This document shows, piece by piece, positions 10,568 through 20,880 of a DNA stretch of 64,000 bases; position 1 is the first letter of the stretch; each line of letters starts with the position of its first letter. The stretch lies in contig CBDBHK010000035.1 in the NCBI GenBank assembly GCA_965205615.1, positions 162,620 through 226,619 of the forward strand, written 5' to 3'. A program made the translations under genes and the position numbers. The stretch comes from Acidobacteriota bacterium (GTDB taxonomy: Bacteria; Acidobacteriota; UBA6911; RPQK01; CBDAPI01). The notes under the pieces are model-generated. The model saw only the letters and a program-made list of their open reading frames with translations, made no database searches and was not told the DNA's origin.

Positions 10568-11470
10568 GTGGTTAATGCGGTGAGTGGACAGGGACCGAGA
10601 AAGATTCCGTCACTCGTAGCAGCGCTGCGTCCTCGCCAGTGGATCAAGAATGTCCTGGTCTTTGCAGCCCCGCTCTTCGCCTTCACCACCGACTCTGGTG
10701 CACTGCTCCGGGTCCTGATCGCGTTTCTTTCATTCAGCGCCATCTCCAGCGCCGTATACCTGCTCAATGACTGGGTTGACCTGGAAAGCGACCGTCTGCA
10801 TCCGGTCAAAAAGGACCGCCCTCTGGCCTCGGGGCGGATTTCTGCCGGAGCAGCCGTTCTGACCGCGGTCCTGCTGGCCCTGGGAGCCCTGGGGCTGGCC
10901 GCCCGTGTCTCGAAGGCTCTGCTGGTGGTGCTGGGCGCTTACATCGTGATTCAGGTGGCCTACAATCTGTTTCTCAAGGACCTCCTGATTCTCGACATCA
11001 TGACGCTGGCGTCAGGTTTCGTTCTGCGTGCGGTTGCAGGCGGCGTTGCAGCGTCGGTAGTCCTTTCGCCCTGGTTTCTTTTCTGCGTCGCCCTGCTGGC
11101 CTTTTATGTAGGTCTGCAGAAGCGCAAGAGCGAGCTGGTGAGAATGTCCTACACCGGTGTCACGACACGCCCGATCCTTCGGGAGTATTCGCTTCCCTAC
11201 CTGGAGCGCGTCGAAACGGCCCTGCTGGCGAGTATTCTCATGGCCTATGCCCTGTGGACGATCCAGGGAGCGCCCAGCTCCTGGATGATGCTGACCGTCC
11301 CCTTCGTCTTGTACGGGCTTCTGCGCTACCAGTATCTCTCCGGAGAAGAGATCGCGGAACGCCCCGAGGAGGTCGTGTTCAGAGATCGCGCCCTTTTTAT
11401 CAACCTGGCCCTCTGGAGTCTGACCTGCCTCTCCATCCTTGCTCTTTTGCACCGCCAGCACCCCGTTTGA
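10568..11470 (+). CDS. UbiA-family prenyltransferase (decaprenyl-phosphate phosphoribosyltransferase-like)
   Basis: RPRQWIKN, YLLND..D...DRLHPVKKDRPLASG, and KRKSE motifs. Confidence 0.88.
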   Translation: MVNAVSGQGPRKIPSLVAALRPRQWIKNVLVFAAPLFAFTTDSGALLRVLIAFLSFSAISSAVYLLNDWVDLESDRLHPVKKDRPLASGRISAGAAVLTAVLLALGALGLAARVSKALLVVLGAYIVIQVAYNLFLKDLLILDIMTLASGFVLRAVAGGVAASVVLSPWFLFCVALLAFYVGLQKRKSELVRMSYTGVTTRPILREYSLPYLERVETALLASILMAYALWTIQGAPSSWMMLTVPFVLYGLLRYQYLSGEEIAERPEEVVFRDRALFINLALWSLTCLSILALLHRQHPV

Positions 11471-11505
11471 TCGCAATTGTGAGGCGGTTGTCGTAGGATA
11501 GCGCC

Positions 11506-13209
11506 ATGCCCGGACGGCCTTCTGAAACGGCGATCCAGAGGGATCTTGCAGGCCTTGGAATCCCTTCGATTCTGGCTGCCGGCCTGATTCTGGTTGTGGT
11601 TTCCCTCAGCTCGTTCACGGCCTGGACCTTCCACGGCCGGGAAAGTTTCGAGGCTCTTGCCGGTCTACTTCTGTTCGCTCCCCTGACCACTCTGATGGTC
11701 TGGATCTCCCACTTTCTGCTGGGCCGCAATTTCCTGTTGACGATTACGGAGCTTCACAGTCGCACGGTGCTCGACGAGGATGCTTTTTCGAAGGCCATGC
11801 GCCAGACCTCGCCCTTGAAGACACGGCAGGAGGTGGCGGCCATTGTGATCCCAATCCTTCTGTCTTTATCTGTGGGCCGGTGGGATCAACTGGCGCCGGA
11901 ACCAGTCGAATGGTGGATTCTGCTGGCGGGACCCTGCCTTGCCATTGGGATGATCAGCTGGCTTTTTTACGTGAATCTGGCACGGACGCACCATCTGGCG
12001 TTGATTCACCGGGTACCCGTGGCTTTAGTCAATCTGGCAACCCACTGGAAGGATCCCGTCGTGCGCTGGAGTCTGGCAGTGGGGCTGCACTTCACTCTGA
12101 TCACACTGGTTTCGTTTTTTGTCATCCTGCGCGATCGAAGGCTTGCACTGATTGCGCTTTTTCTGCTGGCCTGTGTGCTCGGCTACATCCTCAACCGGAT
12201 CCTCCCATATGTCATTTCTTCCGTTTACGAGTCGCAGATTCTTTCCGCCTTTGCGCTGATTCTCGTGACCGCCGGCGCGGGAACGGCGGGATATCATTTT
12301 CTGGAAGACTGGCCCTGGTCGGACGGCCTCTATATGACCGTCATTACCATGACAACGGTCGGCTACGGTGAAACCCGTGAGCTGACTCAGATGGGGCGGG
12401 CCTTCACCATGTTGCTGATCGTGACGTCCATCGGAATCTCGGGTTATGCGATTTCAACGGTGGCCGCCTACGTCGTCGAAGGTGAATTCAAACGAGTGTT
12501 TCGAGGTCGAAAAATGGACAATCGAATTGCCAGGATGCAAGACCATATCGTACTTTGCGGCGCCGGGAGAACAGGGCTGGAAATCGCGCAGGAACTTTAC
12601 AAGACCCTGACGCCCTTCGTGATTGTGGAAAGATCCAGGGAGGCTCTGGATAGGCTTCCCTTTCTGGAAGAGATCCCTCACCTGCGCGGTGACGCGACCC
12701 AGGATTCCGTGCTTCGAAGGTCAGGGATCGAGAAGGCAAAGGGACTGCTGGCAGTTCTCCCGGACGATCAGGCCAACGTTTTTCTGGTTCTCACCGTCCG
12801 AGCCTTGAACCCTGAGCTGCGGATCATTGCCCGGCTCGCCGACGATCGGAACCGGGAAAAACTGCTTCGCGCGGGGGCTGACGCGGTTGTCCAGACCCAG
12901 GCGATCGGGGGTCTGAGAATGGCGTCCATGATGATCCGACCTTCTGCCGTGACCTTCCTGGACAAAATGCTGCGCGTGACCGGAGACACGCTGAGAGTCG
13001 AAGAGGTCACCGTAACCGCATCCATGCAGAACCAGACCCTTGGGGCTTTAAACCTGGGCGAGCGAGTCGGACTGCTGCTGGTCGCGTTGCAGCGGCAGGG
13101 GGGAGAGGACTATCAGTTCAGCCCCAGGTCAGATACGGAACTAAAGGAGGGCGACGTTTTGATCGTGATGGGTTCTCCCCGGCAGGTAGCAGAGGCCAGA
13201 AACATCTAG
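11506..13209 (+). CDS. Potassium channel (2TM pore + TrkA-N/TrkA-C) with an extra N-terminal membrane domain
   Basis: TTVGYG selectivity filter, HIVLCGAGRTG, GDAT, and a TrkA-C tail. Confidence 0.88.
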   Translation: MPGRPSETAIQRDLAGLGIPSILAAGLILVVVSLSSFTAWTFHGRESFEALAGLLLFAPLTTLMVWISHFLLGRNFLLTITELHSRTVLDEDAFSKAMRQTSPLKTRQEVAAIVIPILLSLSVGRWDQLAPEPVEWWILLAGPCLAIGMISWLFYVNLARTHHLALIHRVPVALVNLATHWKDPVVRWSLAVGLHFTLITLVSFFVILRDRRLALIALFLLACVLGYILNRILPYVISSVYESQILSAFALILVTAGAGTAGYHFLEDWPWSDGLYMTVITMTTVGYGETRELTQMGRAFTMLLIVTSIGISGYAISTVAAYVVEGEFKRVFRGRKMDNRIARMQDHIVLCGAGRTGLEIAQELYKTLTPFVIVERSREALDRLPFLEEIPHLRGDATQDSVLRRSGIEKAKGLLAVLPDDQANVFLVLTVRALNPELRIIARLADDRNREKLLRAGADAVVQTQAIGGLRMASMMIRPSAVTFLDKMLRVTGDTLRVEEVTVTASMQNQTLGALNLGERVGLLLVALQRQGGEDYQFSPRSDTELKEGDVLIVMGSPRQVAEARNI

Positions 13210-13226
13210 CAGCCCGCTTGTGAAAA

Positions 13227-14690
13227 ATGGAGTTCAGCTCCCTCGATTATCTGATTCTTTTCGCTTATCTCATTGCAACCACTCTGCTGGGTTTTCGGGC
13301 GGGCAGGGGCTCGCGCAACACCCGGCACTACTTTTTAGCCAACCGGGGTCTGCCCTGGTGGGCTCTCTCGCTCTCGATCGTTGCCACCGAGACGAGTACC
13401 CTGACCTTCATCGGTGTCCCGGCCTTTGCCTATGACCGGAATCTGACTTTCCTGCAGCTCGCCCTGGGCTATGTCATCGGCAAAATCCTGGTCAGTTTTG
13501 TTTTGATCCCGTCCTATTTTCGAGGGGACATTCAAAGTGCTTACGAGATCCTGAACTCTCGCTTCGGAGGGAAAGTGAAGAACTTCTCTGCGGGACTGTT
13601 TCAGGTGAATCGGACCCTGGCGGACGGCGTCCGCCTGTTTGCGACCGCCCTGGTTCTCTCCGTCGTGACTCAGATCTCAGACGTGTGGACGGTCGTTATC
13701 ATCGGCGTGATTACAATTATTTACACCTTCTACGGGGGCTTCAAAGCCGTTGTCTGGAACGACGTCCTTCAGCTCTTTATCTACGTTATCGGGGCTATGA
13801 GCGCTTTCTTCGTCCTTCTGGAACGCATCCCCGGGGGATGGCAACAAGTTGCACGTCTGGCTGGAGAATCCGACAAGTTTCAAATCACCGATTTCAGTTT
13901 CTCACTGGCAAACCCTTACACCTTTGCGGGCGCTGTGGCGGGCGGAGCTTTTCTGGCCTTTGCCACGCATGGCACGGATCAGATGATGGTGCAGCGGTAT
14001 CTGGCCTGTTCGGACAGGAGAAAGGCCCAGCAGGGTCTCATACTCAGCGGTCTGATCGTCATGGGTCAGTTCCTGCTCTTCCTGGTGATTGGAATCCTCC
14101 TTTTCAGCTTCTATCAGGATTATCCCAATCCCAATCTACCCTCGGACAGCCAGCGCATTTTTCCCGTCTTCATCGTTGAGGAGCTGCCTCGCGGGATCTC
14201 GGGCCTCGTCATCGCCGCCGTATTTGCCGCCGCCATGTCAACTCTGAGCAGTTCTCTGAACTCCCTCGCCTCTTCCACCTTGAACGACTTCTACCGTCCT
14301 TATCTTGCTCCCCACGCCGGCGACGAACACTACATCCGCCTGTCGCGTTTTTTCACGGCCGGCTGGGGGGTCGTCCTGATCGGTGTTTCCCTCCTGGCTC
14401 GCAACTGGGGAAGCGTGCTGGAGGTAGGACTCGGCATTACGAGCGTCGTCATGGGTGGGGTTCTCGGCGCGTTCCTCCTGGGACAGTGGACCCGGGTCAG
14501 GAGCGAGCTGGCGGGGTTGACGGCCATGATCAGTGGTCTTGGCGTGGTTCTTTTCCTCGAGTTGAACCGTGCCTGTGACTGGAGCCTGCTTCCCCCCGTC
14601 GCCTGGACCTGGTACGTTTTGATCGGGGCTGCTACCACCTTGGTCGTCGGAGTTGTCGTCGAAAGGGTCGCTGGTTACCGGTTACAGTAG
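13227..14690 (+). CDS. Sodium:solute symporter (SSS)
   Basis: YFLANR, SIVATETS, GGFKAVVWND, DQMMVQRYL and AAAMSTLSS motifs. Confidence 0.92.
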   Translation: MEFSSLDYLILFAYLIATTLLGFRAGRGSRNTRHYFLANRGLPWWALSLSIVATETSTLTFIGVPAFAYDRNLTFLQLALGYVIGKILVSFVLIPSYFRGDIQSAYEILNSRFGGKVKNFSAGLFQVNRTLADGVRLFATALVLSVVTQISDVWTVVIIGVITIIYTFYGGFKAVVWNDVLQLFIYVIGAMSAFFVLLERIPGGWQQVARLAGESDKFQITDFSFSLANPYTFAGAVAGGAFLAFATHGTDQMMVQRYLACSDRRKAQQGLILSGLIVMGQFLLFLVIGILLFSFYQDYPNPNLPSDSQRIFPVFIVEELPRGISGLVIAAVFAAAMSTLSSSLNSLASSTLNDFYRPYLAPHAGDEHYIRLSRFFTAGWGVVLIGVSLLARNWGSVLEVGLGITSVVMGGVLGAFLLGQWTRVRSELAGLTAMISGLGVVLFLELNRACDWSLLPPVAWTWYVLIGAATTLVVGVVVERVAGYRLQ

Positions 14691-14710
14691 CGCGCACGAA
14701 GTAAGCGCGT
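14687..14710 (+). repeat. GTAG-type REP-like hairpin
   Basis: GTAGCGCGCACGAAGTAAGCGCGT, matching copies at 39256, 39189 (reverse) and 55607. Its TAG is the SSS stop codon. Confidence 0.7.
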
Positions 14711-14752
14711 GGATCCCCCAGCGTTATGGGCTGACGGTTATTCGTTGCCGGT

Positions 14753-17700
14753 TCAAGGTTCCCCCGAGGAAGCCGTGGGGGGGACGGCTGACAGGTAGTC
14801 GAGAGTGACATTGCCGAATAGCTCCTGGCCGGCCAGCGGGAGACTGGACTGCACGATAACGGTACCACCGACCCTGCCCCGGCTCTCGGGCACCAGCTCG
14901 GAAAGAACTCTTGAAAAACGTTGGCCGGGTTTCAGGATGACCTCGAAGCGGCCGATGGGGATCCCCTCGGGTCCGATGACGATGATCTCCACCTCGGCAT
15001 CGGCCTGGTTGGGATTAAAAAGAGCAATCCCCGTGAACGTGCTGTCACGGGGGTCCGGGGCCGTCAGGTTGGCGACGTGCCCGAAGACGCCCCGCAGGAA
15101 ACCATGGCTCTGGAGAGGCAGCTGAGCTCCGAAGCGAAAGCTAAGAGCCTCTCCGAAAACCACATTCCCGACCACCCCGCCCTCATCCGAGCCGACGATG
15201 AGCGAACCTACTACGACCTCGGACTCTTCACCAGCGCCGAGAATCTCTGCGCCCTCGATCTCCACGCCGGCTCCAGGCGGCACCAAAAACGGCTCCAGCA
15301 CCGTAGCGATTTTGCCGTCATCATTCACCGAAGTCAGCTCGACGGTCCTGTTTTCGCCGGAGAGATTCACGACTCTGACCAGCGTGGTCAGACTCACTCC
15401 TCCCACTTCTCCATGAGCAAGCTGAGCGGAATAACCCATTCGGCTCTCCGGAATTCTGCTGGGAGGATTTCCAATGAGCGCGTCACCCACCTGAATCAAG
15501 GAGAAGGCGATACCCCCCGGCTCGTCAAACTCGAGAACAACGTAGCTGTCAGCGATCTCCCCGATCCCGAACAGGACATCAGCCGCTTGCCCCCGAAAGC
15601 CCCTGGCTGGAAGCTGTACGACCACTTGCCGGAGGGCCGTCCCATCCAGGCGAATCAGCTCCAAAGTTGCTCCCAGGGGCGCCTCGGTGGGATTGGCCAG
15701 ATAGAAGTGGGTGACGGCTTCAAGGGCAACAGCCCCAGCCCGAAAACTACCCTCCCCCTGATGGACGCGGGTGAAGACGAGTCGGGTGGCTGTGGTGGTC
15801 TCTGCGACGCCTCCGTCAAGCCGGCTGGGACGTCCTCCAACGCCATTTCCTATTTGGAAAAAGCTCGAGAGCCCCGGTGCACTCGTGCTGATTCGGGACC
15901 AGCCGATCCTTGGCTCGGCAACCGGATCTCGGAAAAGATCGCGGGCCAGGACAGCCAGCTGGCCGAACGGTCCGATCGACGATATGACGGGGTTGCGCAT
16001 CAGAGACAGACTCTGACCGTTCGCACCCCAGGCCTGTGCCAGCAACACTGCTCTCTCCGCCGAGTCGTTGCCGACAGCGACCCCGGTGAATCTCAAGTCC
16101 GAGAGTTCGATGACTGGAAACAGGAGTTCCCGGTCGGCTTCGGATCCCATAACGATGATGTGCCGCGATTCGAGGTCAAAGCTCTGATCGTTAAACACTT
16201 CGTAAAGAGACTCGTCGGGCAGGAACTGAACTGGAAGCACAGCCTCGGACCAGTCCAGCTGTCCCGAAGCGGACGGGCCCCCGCGCGTGAGTCCTACGAC
16301 GGCCTGAATCCCGGAGTTGGCGGTTACCCGCACCTGTTCGTAGTCGAACTCAATGCTGCCCTCGGGGAACAGTCGGACGCTGAAGGTGTTCCCGGGCGCA
16401 ATTCCCACCTCCGTGTACTCCGGCACGCCGATCCACCGAAACGCCATACTGGAGCCGTCGAACAGTGCCTGAATAGACCCTGCAAAGTCCGGGTTCAAAT
16501 CGGTGAAGAGGGGTGCGATACGGGGTGGGCCGGATAAAAACCGCTCCTCATCACGAGCGGTGCTCTCGCTGTCCCCCTGACCAAAGGTCAGATTTCCATC
16601 GGTGTTCACGGTGACTCGATCGTAAACCTGTCCAAAGAAGGGAAAGGTGAACTCCTGTGGAAAGGTGAAAAGCTCCTGGGCATCATCCGTCAAAGAGGCC
16701 AGATCGTTACTGCCCTCGTTGGCATAAACTAGGATGTCTTCAACAGTTTCGCCCTCAAAAGCAGTCAACAGGATCCGCTCAGCAGGATCATCCAGTTCTG
16801 TCGCCGATTCATTCTCGCCGTTATAGTAGTCTTTGGGGAACTGATCGAACCGCACCTCGAAGGGACCCACGTTGCTTCCCCCCGTGAAGAAGGCGGCGAT
16901 CGGCTCCACGAACAGCAGGTAGGGACCCGGCTCAAGGCCGGGGAGTTCGAACCGGCCGACCCCCTCCCTCAGGAAATCAGAGACAACTGACACCGTCGCT
17001 TCGGGCCTCTCGATCCAGTTCCCTTCCGCGTCAATCTCGATGGCAACGGCTACGACATTGGCCCCGGAAAGTCCTCCCCCGCTACGGCGAAGGACGCGAC
17101 CCGCCAGAGTGGCGGTCTGCTCCCGAAACCCTGCGGCCGGGTACATGTACGACAACCACACGCGATCATCGTGTCGGGGCCCTGCCGATCCTGCGCTGAC
17201 AATGAACGGAAACATGACCGGGAGGAAAGACAGACGGCTCAAAACGCGATTGGTGAAGATTTCCAGGTCGCCCTGGCTGTGATCCAGTCCCAGCAGGTGG
17301 CCCAGCTCGTGGACAACGACCCGACGGAAGGTTCCGGTCTGGCTCAGGTTGGCACTGCGGCCGTTGAGCACCGCAAACCCTCCCCGGAAGTCCAGGCCCG
17401 GCCCGTTGGTCTGGGCCTGGGCAACGCCCAGGATAGTGGTGCTGCTGCCGGCTCCGAACAGGTCATCGATAATCGACCCGTCGCGATCGAAGATCACGGG
17501 ATTCCCCTGTGGCTGGGGTGGAGTTATAAAGGGGAGGTAGTTGGAGGCATCGACATCGAAGGGCAGTTGCTCTCCCTCTGCGAACGTAATGCTTGCCGTA
17601 TCGATCTCCCATTCGGCCAGCGTGGAGCGGACGAAGTCCACCGCCTCGATGTTGGAGATCGGACCCACATCGCTCAACAGCCCCTGGTCCATCCTGATGA

Positions 17701-17872
17701 CCAACGGCTGCAGCGGACTCCAGCGAGCGAAAGTCCCGGCTCCTGTCGGCGCCGAGGGTCCCCCGGCCCAAGGTCTGCCGGAGAGCAGGATGAAGCCCAC
17801 CAGCAGAAGCGTCAGCTGTCTGAGCAACCCGTGCGCTGCCGGGGCAGCTCCTGGCACGTTTGCGGTTCTCAT
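14753..17872 (-). CDS. Secreted multidomain metzincin (matrixin-like) metalloprotease
   Basis: Signal peptide, HELGHLLGLDH plus a Met-turn (PVMFP), a carboxypeptidase-regulatory-like domain, a NIDO-like FTFPFFG...IAPLFTDL segment and beta-rich repeats. Confidence 0.8.
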   Translation of the reverse strand: MRTANVPGAAPAAHGLLRQLTLLLVGFILLSGRPWAGGPSAPTGAGTFARWSPLQPLVIRMDQGLLSDVGPISNIEAVDFVRSTLAEWEIDTASITFAEGEQLPFDVDASNYLPFITPPQPQGNPVIFDRDGSIIDDLFGAGSSTTILGVAQAQTNGPGLDFRGGFAVLNGRSANLSQTGTFRRVVVHELGHLLGLDHSQGDLEIFTNRVLSRLSFLPVMFPFIVSAGSAGPRHDDRVWLSYMYPAAGFREQTATLAGRVLRRSGGGLSGANVVAVAIEIDAEGNWIERPEATVSVVSDFLREGVGRFELPGLEPGPYLLFVEPIAAFFTGGSNVGPFEVRFDQFPKDYYNGENESATELDDPAERILLTAFEGETVEDILVYANEGSNDLASLTDDAQELFTFPQEFTFPFFGQVYDRVTVNTDGNLTFGQGDSESTARDEERFLSGPPRIAPLFTDLNPDFAGSIQALFDGSSMAFRWIGVPEYTEVGIAPGNTFSVRLFPEGSIEFDYEQVRVTANSGIQAVVGLTRGGPSASGQLDWSEAVLPVQFLPDESLYEVFNDQSFDLESRHIIVMGSEADRELLFPVIELSDLRFTGVAVGNDSAERAVLLAQAWGANGQSLSLMRNPVISSIGPFGQLAVLARDLFRDPVAEPRIGWSRISTSAPGLSSFFQIGNGVGGRPSRLDGGVAETTTATRLVFTRVHQGEGSFRAGAVALEAVTHFYLANPTEAPLGATLELIRLDGTALRQVVVQLPARGFRGQAADVLFGIGEIADSYVVLEFDEPGGIAFSLIQVGDALIGNPPSRIPESRMGYSAQLAHGEVGGVSLTTLVRVVNLSGENRTVELTSVNDDGKIATVLEPFLVPPGAGVEIEGAEILGAGEESEVVVGSLIVGSDEGGVVGNVVFGEALSFRFGAQLPLQSHGFLRGVFGHVANLTAPDPRDSTFTGIALFNPNQADAEVEIIVIGPEGIPIGRFEVILKPGQRFSRVLSELVPESRGRVGGTVIVQSSLPLAGQELFGNVTLDYLSAVPPTASSGEP

Positions 17873-18486
17873 TGATCGGGTTTCGAAGCGCGACGCGCCT
17901 GGAAGTCATCGATCCTGCGAACCGCCTGCGAGAGTGTTTCCAGCAGAACGGGGCCCTGAACGCGCAACAGATCGACCTCGGAATGCTTGAATCCCATCCT
18001 GAGAAGCCGAGTCGCGTCGAGACCGCGGAGCAGATTCCGGTTCCCGAAGCCGTTCAAGACAGTGGCTTGGGCCCTGGCGTCCTCGTGAACGTCAAACACC
18101 CCCTGAGCAAAACCGATGGGCCTGGTCAGACCGATCCTGCTGTCTGGGGCCAGGCAAATGACGGCATCCTGCCCTTTTCGGTAAGCCGGGAGACCCAGGA
18201 TTCCCACTCCCCCGTGCCCTCCGGTCCCGCCCGGGGGCAGTTGACGAAAAACGACTTCCTCGCCTTCTGTGGTACCTTTCATACCCTCGGATACGAAGAA
18301 CTGGTATTCCACGACAGGAAGTCCGTTGGAATGGGTGGTTTCTGTGACTGCGATGCAGCGCCCGCGAAAAACACGGTTTGAGGAATCCACCATTTCCGAG
18401 AGATTGACGACCCTGATGCTGGTGGCCGTCACGGTCGCTGTGGCGCCCAGAAGCACCAGAGAAACTGAAAGTCGGTAATCTCTCAC
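17869..18486 (-). CDS. Secreted hypothetical protein translationally coupled to the metalloprotease
   Basis: Signal peptide, ATSIRVVNLSEMVDSSNRVFRGRC, and an ATGA overlap at 17869-17872. Confidence 0.75.
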   Translation of the reverse strand: MRDYRLSVSLVLLGATATVTATSIRVVNLSEMVDSSNRVFRGRCIAVTETTHSNGLPVVEYQFFVSEGMKGTTEGEEVVFRQLPPGGTGGHGGVGILGLPAYRKGQDAVICLAPDSRIGLTRPIGFAQGVFDVHEDARAQATVLNGFGNRNLLRGLDATRLLRMGFKHSEVDLLRVQGPVLLETLSQAVRRIDDFQARRASKPDQ

Positions 18487-18552
18487 GGCTGCTGTCCCAT
18501 CTCACCCGCCTCTTTACCTGGACGGTCCAAATCTCTTATTCTACCGCGGCAA

Positions 18553-20880
18553 ATGGCGGCCTGGAAAATGCTTCTGAGGGTGCTCATCTGGCTTCTGCTG
18601 CTTCCGCTGCAGATTGCCCTGCTGATTTCCTCCGTTTTGGCCGAGCTTGTCTCTCTAGGCCGCGGGGCTTTGCGCAGGTCCTTTGTGCGAACCACCGTCA
18701 CCAGTCAACAGTGCTCGATTGTGATTCTTAACTGGAATGGCCGAGAACTCCTTCAACAATGTCTTCCGGCCGTGACCCGCGCCGTGGAAAGGGACGGAGG
18801 GGATCACGAAATCCTGGTCGTGGACAATGGCAGTTCCGATGGCAGCGTGGAGTGGACGCGCCAACATTTTCCAGGCGCAGCGACCCTCGAGCTGAATGAG
18901 AACCTGGGCTTCGGAGAAGGCAACAACCGGGGTGTGGCTGCAGCCAGGAACGAGATTGTCGTTCTGCTGAACAATGACATGATCGTGGATTCTTCCTTTT
19001 TGACTCCTCTGCTGGAGCCCTTTGCAGACTCGGACGTCTTTGCCGTCAGCAGCCAGATTTTCCTTCCTCCGGACAAGCAGCGTGAAGAGACGGGAAACAC
19101 TCGTGGACGAATTGCAAGGGGCTACCTTGACTTGAGTCACGCCGCCATCCACAAGCACCATGTGACGCGCCGATTTCTCCCCATTCTCTGGGCCGGCGGA
19201 GGCTCTTCCGCTTTCCGGCGCGACTACTTCCTCCGACTTGGAGGGTTTTCTTCGATCTTTTCGCCTTGTTACGTCGAGGACACGGATCTGTCCTACCGGG
19301 CCTGGAGGAGGGGGCTGCGTGTCCTGCTCGCAGCCGAGAGTCATGTGCTCCACAAGCACCGAACCACCGCGCGGAAGCGTTTCCGCGGAACCGAGATTCG
19401 GGAAATGGTCGAACAGCGCAAACTGTGGTACCTGTGGAAGAACTTCCAGCTCAGAAGTCTTCTCTCCCATTTCATCTTCTATCCACTGGTGATTTCCAGG
19501 AGAATAACTCTTCGCGCTTATCTTGGCGCCTTGTTGAGAGCTCCCTGGGCCTTAGTGCTGCGTGCCTGTGAGCCTCGTCGAAAGCTCAAAGACGCGCAAT
19601 TTCAGAAGTGGATACAACAGCCACTGGCCTATCTCAATCATTTTCACTCTCGTCGGCGCCTTCCGGGGAAAGGCAGTACCCGGCGTGTCCTCATTGCCAG
19701 CGCCTATCTTCCTCATCTGGGGCGACACGGGGGCGCAGGACGCGTTTTTCAGTTGCTCAGACGGCTCTCCGATCAGTGTCGCGTTACGCTCGTGAGCTTT
19801 GTGGAAAACAGGCTCGAGCTGCGGGAGGTCGCGCAGGTGAGTCCTTATTGCGCACGGGTCGAAACGGTTCTCAGGCGAGAGTTCGAAGCCGTCTCCTCGT
19901 ATCCCTACGAGCCCTTTGAAGAGTTCAACTGCTCCAACTTTCGGGAGTCGCTCGAGCAGGTCCTTATCGAACAGGACTTCGACCTGGTCCACTTCGAGTG
20001 GACTCAAATGGCGCAATACGCCGATCTGGTTCCCCACATTCCCAAGCTGGTCACGGAAATCGAGGTGAATTACGCAGCCCACCACAGCCTGGTGGGACTC
20101 GAAAGAAATCCTTTTCGGCGCCTCAGGCTCTATTACAACACCCTTCAGACTCTCAACCGGGAGCTGCAACTGTGCAGGAAAACCGAGGGAGTGATCTGTG
20201 TGACGGATTCCGATGCCGATTTTCTGGCAGGCTATGTTCCCCGCGAAAGACTTCACGTACTCAACACGGGAGTCGACACCCGGTATTTTACCCCTGGACC
20301 AGACGAGCGGGTCGAGCCGGACTCCCTGGTCTACGTCGGAGCTTTCCGCCACGAGCCCAACGTGGATGCCATGCTTTTTTTTCACACAGCGGTGTTCCCC
20401 CGGATCCTGAAGTCCAGACCCGGGACCCATCTCTACATTGTGGGATCATCTCCGCCGGCCGTGGTTAGAAGTCTGAGTGAACACCCTAATGTTACAGTCA
20501 CAGGCTTTGTAGAGGACATCCGCGAGTACTACGATCGCGCCCAGGTGGTGATCGTACCCCTGCGAACGGGGGTTGGCATTCGAGGGAAGATCCTGGAAGG
20601 CTGGGCGGCCGGAAAAGCCATGGTGGCAACGTCACAGGCCTGCCTGGGCATCCGCGCAGAACACGGCGAGAATATCCTGATCGCCGACGACCCCGAGGAG
20701 TTCGCAGCCTGGGCCGTGGCCCTGCTGGGTCGTCCGCAGCACTGCCGGCGTCTGGGACGGGTCGGTCGGGAGACAGCGGTCCGCTATTATGAATGGGATC
20801 AGCTGGCGGGCCAGCTGGCCGCGCTTTACCGGGCCACTGCCGGGAGCCTTCCGCGGTCCCAGACAGGCAGGACGACGTGA
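18553..20880 (+). CDS. Bifunctional GT2 + GT4 glycosyltransferase
   Basis: GT2 motifs SIVILNWN, VDNGSSDGS, LLNND and EDTDLSYR; GT4 motifs GVDT..F and PLRTGVGIRGKILE. Confidence 0.9.
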   Translation: MAAWKMLLRVLIWLLLLPLQIALLISSVLAELVSLGRGALRRSFVRTTVTSQQCSIVILNWNGRELLQQCLPAVTRAVERDGGDHEILVVDNGSSDGSVEWTRQHFPGAATLELNENLGFGEGNNRGVAAARNEIVVLLNNDMIVDSSFLTPLLEPFADSDVFAVSSQIFLPPDKQREETGNTRGRIARGYLDLSHAAIHKHHVTRRFLPILWAGGGSSAFRRDYFLRLGGFSSIFSPCYVEDTDLSYRAWRRGLRVLLAAESHVLHKHRTTARKRFRGTEIREMVEQRKLWYLWKNFQLRSLLSHFIFYPLVISRRITLRAYLGALLRAPWALVLRACEPRRKLKDAQFQKWIQQPLAYLNHFHSRRRLPGKGSTRRVLIASAYLPHLGRHGGAGRVFQLLRRLSDQCRVTLVSFVENRLELREVAQVSPYCARVETVLRREFEAVSSYPYEPFEEFNCSNFRESLEQVLIEQDFDLVHFEWTQMAQYADLVPHIPKLVTEIEVNYAAHHSLVGLERNPFRRLRLYYNTLQTLNRELQLCRKTEGVICVTDSDADFLAGYVPRERLHVLNTGVDTRYFTPGPDERVEPDSLVYVGAFRHEPNVDAMLFFHTAVFPRILKSRPGTHLYIVGSSPPAVVRSLSEHPNVTVTGFVEDIREYYDRAQVVIVPLRTGVGIRGKILEGWAAGKAMVATSQACLGIRAEHGENILIADDPEEFAAWAVALLGRPQHCRRLGRVGRETAVRYYEWDQLAGQLAALYRATAGSLPRSQTGRTT

